DNA of 64,000 nt, from IMG/VR virus record IMGVR_UViG_3300009709_000002, positions 32,001-96,000 of that record; one strand, 5' to 3'. A program made the position numbers and the translations under genes. Origin of the DNA: a virus (taxonomy: Duplodnaviria; Heunggongvirae; Uroviricota; Caudoviricetes). The stretch's first letter is position 1; each line of letters starts with the position of its first letter. Below are positions 60,538 through 64,000 of this stretch, piece by piece. The notes beneath the pieces were generated by a model that saw nothing but the letters and a program-made list of their open reading frames with translations, was not told the DNA's origin and made no database searches.

Positions 60538-60555
60538 ATCAACCTCTCTTTTATT

Positions 60556-60713
60556 TGGGTGGGCACCCCGCGGGATTCGAACCCGGGTCAGCTACAAGCT
60601 ATCGCAGATTCAATCTTGAGGGAGAGTCTAGAATCGCACTCAAAACAACCTGGTCTTTCCTGTATTGCAACGGCTTATCGGCCGCCGGCTTTTCCAATTA
60701 CCATAGGTACCCA
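60556..60713 (-). ncRNA. 158-nt tRNA-like RNA with greatly extended variable arm
   Basis: Acceptor (T)GGGTACC/GGTGCCC(A)-CCCA, D-loop AATTGG, GCGGC-CGATAA-GCCGT arm, T-loop TTCGAAT, 77-nt hairpin insertion. Confidence 0.7.
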
Positions 60714-60718
60714 TTAAA

Positions 60719-61021
60719 TTACTGCTTGTAAGGATAGTTGCAGCCCTTACGCAGCTTAAGACCTCTCGTGACTTTGCTATCCCACCGCGAAAACTTCGAT
60801 CGACGATAGAAATGTCGATGAATCTCAGCCGAGTAGTCACCTTGAGCATAGTGCAGCGCCATCTGAGGCGAGCTATACCACGTCGGTGAGCACATTCGCT
60901 TGATGCGACCATCTAACGATTGTACGAAATACTCGTAAGCTTCACGAGCGCCATAGCTTACCAGGTAGTGGTCAGGCATGACCTGCACTACCAACTTCCC
61001 ATACCGTCTTAGAAGTCTCAT
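60719..61021 (-). CDS. Hypothetical basic protein
   Basis: ATGA coupling. Confidence 0.5.
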   Translation of the reverse strand: MRLLRRYGKLVVQVMPDHYLVSYGAREAYEYFVQSLDGRIKRMCSPTWYSSPQMALHYAQGDYSAEIHRHFYRRSKFSRWDSKVTRGLKLRKGCNYPYKQ

Positions 61022-61329
61022 TTTGTGATCTTGAGGAGCTCTTTCAGCTTCGCAACGACATCAGCCGGAGTAGCAGTATGGAAAAATGAGGCCAGCTCAT
61101 TACCTTTCTTGTCGGTGAACGTCAGCCACTCAGGTGTTTTACCCTTGTAGTGGACGTAGCACTTAACGACTGCTTCGCAAGTCATCGTGTGAATTACTGA
61201 TCGTCCAACATCAACGATCGCCTTGCCCTTTAGCTCGGTGAACGCTAGCTTGGCATGCTCGATAAACAGAGAAGCACTCCAACCCTTTGCGTCCAAGAAT
61301 TCATCCACGCTCTTGCTAAGCTTTGCCAT
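61018..61329 (-). CDS. Hypothetical protein
   Basis: GAGG RBS, tight operon. Confidence 0.55.
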   Translation of the reverse strand: MAKLSKSVDEFLDAKGWSASLFIEHAKLAFTELKGKAIVDVGRSVIHTMTCEAVVKCYVHYKGKTPEWLTFTDKKGNELASFFHTATPADVVAKLKELLKITK

Positions 61330-61330
61330 A

Positions 61331-61516
61331 CTACCCCTCGTAGAACTCTATTTTTACGACCGGAACCACGACATCACTGATGTGTTCCCACTCAACAGAA
61401 ACAAACTTCAGTTTCTCGAATGCAGCGTCCGGTAACTTATTCACGATATCAGCTAAAACCGCCAGCTTGTCGGTAGATTTTGATTCTGACCGATTGCAAA
61501 TTTCGACTAAACTCAT
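61331..61516 (-). CDS. Hypothetical protein
   Basis: Downstream of a promoter near 61535. Confidence 0.5.
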   Translation of the reverse strand: MSLVEICNRSESKSTDKLAVLADIVNKLPDAAFEKLKFVSVEWEHISDVVVPVVKIEFYEG

Positions 61517-61562
61517 GGTACATCCAGAAAAGATATTATAAACTACCAGTGCGGCTTTGTAA

Positions 61563-61745
61563 CTACTTTTCTTTCAACTTTCGAATGCCGAAAGTGCGAA
61601 TGTCAGCCGGTTTCAGGCGGCCATACTTCTCTAATATGATGAACTTACCAGTGCGTTCGAGGAACTTGTCCTCGATTATCTCACCAGTTCGTAGAACGAT
61701 CCGCACCGTCGTACCTCTTCGGCAGGACGTGTGCGGTTGTCTCAT
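61563..61745 (-). CDS. Small hypothetical protein
   Basis: 60 aa, ATGA coupling. Confidence 0.5.
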   Translation of the reverse strand: MRQPHTSCRRGTTVRIVLRTGEIIEDKFLERTGKFIILEKYGRLKPADIRTFGIRKLKEK

Positions 61746-62107
61746 GATGTAAAGTAAGCGCCGTTGAACAGCTCGTCGACCGTTTCAGCACCGAGATTCA
61801 ACATGGCGTTGACTCGATACTCTCGGTCGGGGTTGGCATTGAGGTGGATGTTTAAATCCGTGACGAATTCGTCGGTGAGCATGGTGTTCGGGATTTGCAC
61901 GTTATTGAACGTGTCCCATGAACGAATCTCCGCGGTGATGATTGCATTCTCGACGGAGATGATACGAACATCTGCTAGTGCCAACGACATGAGGTTATCC
62001 TTATGAGTAAGTACTGGCGGAAAACGGAGGTCTCGATCCCCAAGCCGATTTCTCGACTCCCACTGATTTCGAATCAGGTCCAGGCGCCCGCCTAGTTCGT
62101 TTTCCAA
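61742..62107 (-). CDS. Hypothetical protein
   Basis: 121 aa. Confidence 0.5.
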   Translation of the reverse strand: MENELGGRLDLIRNQWESRNRLGDRDLRFPPVLTHKDNLMSLALADVRIISVENAIITAEIRSWDTFNNVQIPNTMLTDEFVTDLNIHLNANPDREYRVNAMLNLGAETVDELFNGAYFTS

Positions 62108-62112
62108 TTGAA

Positions 62113-62349
62113 TTAGCTGTGCTTCTTGTGAGTAGCTCTAGCTAATTCTATGAATTTTTCTTTGTCTTTTGCAAGACCTTTGAAACGATGATACAGCTCA
62201 AATGCTTCTTTGCCGACGATCCACTTGGAATGGGAACCACGTTCGCCTGGTTCCCTGATCCAGATGTAGAAATCCGTCGTTCTTCCAATCACAGCGTAAT
62301 GCGTCGTCGATTTGTAAGTTCCAACTTCCAGGTCAAATTTCATTTTCAA
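62113..62349 (-). CDS. Hypothetical protein
   Basis: GGAGG RBS. Confidence 0.5.
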   Translation of the reverse strand: MKMKFDLEVGTYKSTTHYAVIGRTTDFYIWIREPGERGSHSKWIVGKEAFELYHRFKGLAKDKEKFIELARATHKKHS

Positions 62350-62611
62350 CCTCCGTCATTTCTGCTCGACGCTTAGTTTCAGCGTTCTCATGAAAACGAA
62401 CACGAGTACGAACATACTTCTTAGCTCCAGCTTTGTTCTTTCTGGTGCGCTTCTTAGCGCTCACAGCAGACGTGTCTGGCACATGAGCTACTGCTGAAAT
62501 GATCTTGTCAGCGAGCTCAGAGTGTTCAAATCCACCACCAACAACGTACTTTCGTTGAAAGCTATTTGCAGCTCGTGTATCTTTGAAGCCACGTTGATGA
62601 TTCGTTTTCAT
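62333..62611 (-). CDS. Basic hypothetical protein (start MKTNH)
   Basis: GGAG RBS; the upstream part of the tracked ORF is a tRNA gene. Confidence 0.5.
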   Translation of the reverse strand: MKTNHQRGFKDTRAANSFQRKYVVGGGFEHSELADKIISAVAHVPDTSAVSAKKRTRKNKAGAKKYVRTRVRFHENAETKRRAEMTEVENEI

Positions 62612-62623
62612 GATCACTCCAAT

Positions 62624-62714
62624 TGGCGGAAAAGTACGGAATCGAACCGTTGCCAACTTACGCCAGCAGAACTCCTTTCCAGGGAGACCCCATCACCATC
62701 AGGGAAACTTTTCC
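62624..62714 (-). tRNA. Non-canonical 8/4 tRNA-Ser(GGA), allo-tRNA/tRNA-Sec-like scaffold
   Basis: 8-bp acceptor GGAAAAGT/ACTTTTCC-GCCA; 4-bp T stem ACGG/CCGT; CT-GGA-AA loop; long variable arm. Confidence 0.8.
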
Positions 62715-62722
62715 GTTTCTAG

Positions 62723-63034
62723 TCAAGCAAAAGCTGGACCAGGGAATCTCAATGTGTAGTACGGTTCAAGGTACTCACATGAATCTTCAGCTTCTGGGTA
62801 AAAACAATTCTTTTCCCAGTCACGTAATGCTTTGCGCCTCGGCCAATAGAAGTCCGTAATGATGCTCAGAACTTTACTATAAGCTTGTTCTTTGGTGCAG
62901 AAGGTGAAATATGCTTTCATATCACCTTCACGCAGAGCTGCAGCGATACCAGCTTTGCAAATTTTGATGACGTACTTCAGCTCATCAGCCGAGATGTTGT
63001 CGATGAGAACTTGAGTGTCGAGTAAAACTCCCAT
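62723..63034 (-). CDS. Hypothetical protein
   Basis: GGAGG RBS. Confidence 0.55.
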   Translation of the reverse strand: MGVLLDTQVLIDNISADELKYVIKICKAGIAAALREGDMKAYFTFCTKEQAYSKVLSIITDFYWPRRKALRDWEKNCFYPEAEDSCEYLEPYYTLRFPGPAFA

Positions 63035-63045
63035 CGTAACCTCCG

Positions 63046-63258
63046 TTAAACTACTTCTTCCAAATGAGCGACTGGAATCGTGAAGCTCGGATAGTCACCA
63101 TTTACATCATGCGTCACCGAGATGTGTTGAATTCCGGTGAAACGAGTATCATCACTAGCCAGACCATAATCATGCTTCATCAATTCATACACGATCTGGC
63201 CTTCAGTTACTTCGCCGCTTGAATTTTCAGCATTCAACACTTTGTACTTTTTGACCAT
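63046..63258 (-). CDS. Hypothetical protein (start MVKKY)
   Basis: HDYGLASDDT..TG..H.SVT...GDYP.FTIP pattern recognisable from phage proteins. Confidence 0.55.
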   Translation of the reverse strand: MVKKYKVLNAENSSGEVTEGQIVYELMKHDYGLASDDTRFTGIQHISVTHDVNGDYPSFTIPVAHLEEVV

Positions 63259-63529
63259 GTTTTTCTTTTGGTATGTGTTTGTAGGTTCTCGGATCATACA
63301 GCTCATCGGTAAAATGCACGCCGATCTTATAATCCCAGAATTCAATCTTGTACTCACGACCCTCAAGCAGCTTACGAGTCATGTGCTTGTAGCTTCCATA
63401 AACAACACCATCAGTGCCTAAAGTACTCGTCCACATGAACAAATACTTCCAAAGCGTAGCTTCTGATTTCACCAAGGCGGCTTCAAGAGCTGCTTCTGGA
63501 TCTTTCTGAAATTCTTCTAGTGTCGTCAT
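63227..63529 (-). CDS. Hypothetical protein
   Basis: 100 aa. Confidence 0.5.
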   Translation of the reverse strand: MTTLEEFQKDPEAALEAALVKSEATLWKYLFMWTSTLGTDGVVYGSYKHMTRKLLEGREYKIEFWDYKIGVHFTDELYDPRTYKHIPKEKHGQKVQSVEC

Positions 63530-63537
63530 AGTAAACT

Positions 63538-63725
63538 TGGCAGCCCCGGCTTGGAATTGAACCCGCGACCCTCAGATTAGAAATCTGCCGCTCTAACGAA
63601 CGTATGTTGCGCTACCATCTCTGGTCATCAGCCTATGCATAAGCTTCAGAGTTTCAATGCAGTCTTCACACGTTGCGCTGTTTCATCTATGATCACTTGA
63701 CAAAACACCACTGAGCTACGGAGCC
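63538..63725 (-). tRNA. tRNA-Arg(UCU)-like gene with 111-nt structured insertion in the D-loop
   Basis: GGCTCCG-TA-GCTC-AGTGG[63597-63707]TTA-GAGC; TT-TCT-AA loop; TTCAATT; CGGGGCT-GCCA. Confidence 0.8.
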
Positions 63726-63737
63726 ATTGTAAAAATT

Positions 63738-63825
63738 TGGCGGAGGCTGTGAGATTCGAACTCACGGAGCTGTTACACTCGCCGGGTTTCAAAGCCGGTA
63801 CCTTAAACCACTCGGTCAAACCTCC
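63738..63825 (-). tRNA. tRNA-Ser(UGA)
   Basis: GGAGGTT/AGCCTCC-GCCA; TT-TGA-AA loop; variable arm; TTCGAAT. Confidence 0.9.
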
Positions 63826-64000
63826 AGATACTACCAGGTGATCTTCAACCCATAATGAATCATAGGCTCCTCATCACCAGTCGAACCAAGACCATTATAA
63901 ACCGTAGGTCTCGGCTTGTAAATTTCTACTTTGTAAGAAAGCGGTGCAGCTTCTAACCGCTCTTTCACCAGCAGCCAAAACGTTGGCGGCTTGAACCTAG

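Noticed and set aside
62624-62714. Selenocysteine tRNA
   Set aside because: The scaffold is Sec-like but the anticodon is GGA, not UCA.
63597-63707. Hammerhead ribozyme (CUGAUGA and GAAA present) or group I intron in the tRNA insert
   Set aside because: No stem III ending in NUH in the required order; too short and in the wrong position for a group I intron.
1-64000. Stop-codon reassignment
   Set aside because: Genes are full length in the standard code, all three stop codons are used, and no suppressor anticodon was found.
63930-64000. Another tRNA-like 3' end at the window edge
   Set aside because: Truncated; no acceptor stem can be verified.

Overview
This window is a 64-kb segment of a large T4-like (jumbo) myophage genome using the standard genetic code. 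The host is probably a Proteobacterium, a weak inference from the tmRNA tag, CreA, DUF4031 and fibre motifs. About 1-28.7 kb (minus strand) encodes nucleotide, cofactor and RNA metabolism: MazG-like NTP pyrophosphatase, WGR-PARP, Rnl1, NucA, dNMP kinases, type II topoisomerase, DenB-like nuclease, Pth2-like protein, an NadM-Nudix/NAMPT/CoaE/CoaD cluster, a dCMP hydroxymethylase-like gene and two GT2-TPR glycosyltransferases. About 28.8-52.7 kb (plus strand, late promoters) encodes collagen-like fibres, a GH19 lysin, a fibre-borne GH5 cellulase, a Calx-beta/GH8-like protein and branched fibres. About 52.7-64 kb (minus strand) holds small genes, Fpg/Nei, Yqey, a tmRNA and five tRNA or tRNA-like genes. 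The most notable observations are: (1) two tRNA-shaped RNAs with large folded insertions plus an 8/4 tRNA-Ser; (2) a candidate virion glycanase complex in which one protein carries three copies of the beta-strand missing from its neighbour's Calx-beta domain; (3) NAD salvage genes followed directly by coaE-coaD, with a shared structured leader on both NAD genes; (4) SgtA-like glycosyltransferases between a cytosine-modification gene and Thr-rich collagen fibres. All assignments come from motif recognition by eye; no searches or folding programs were run.
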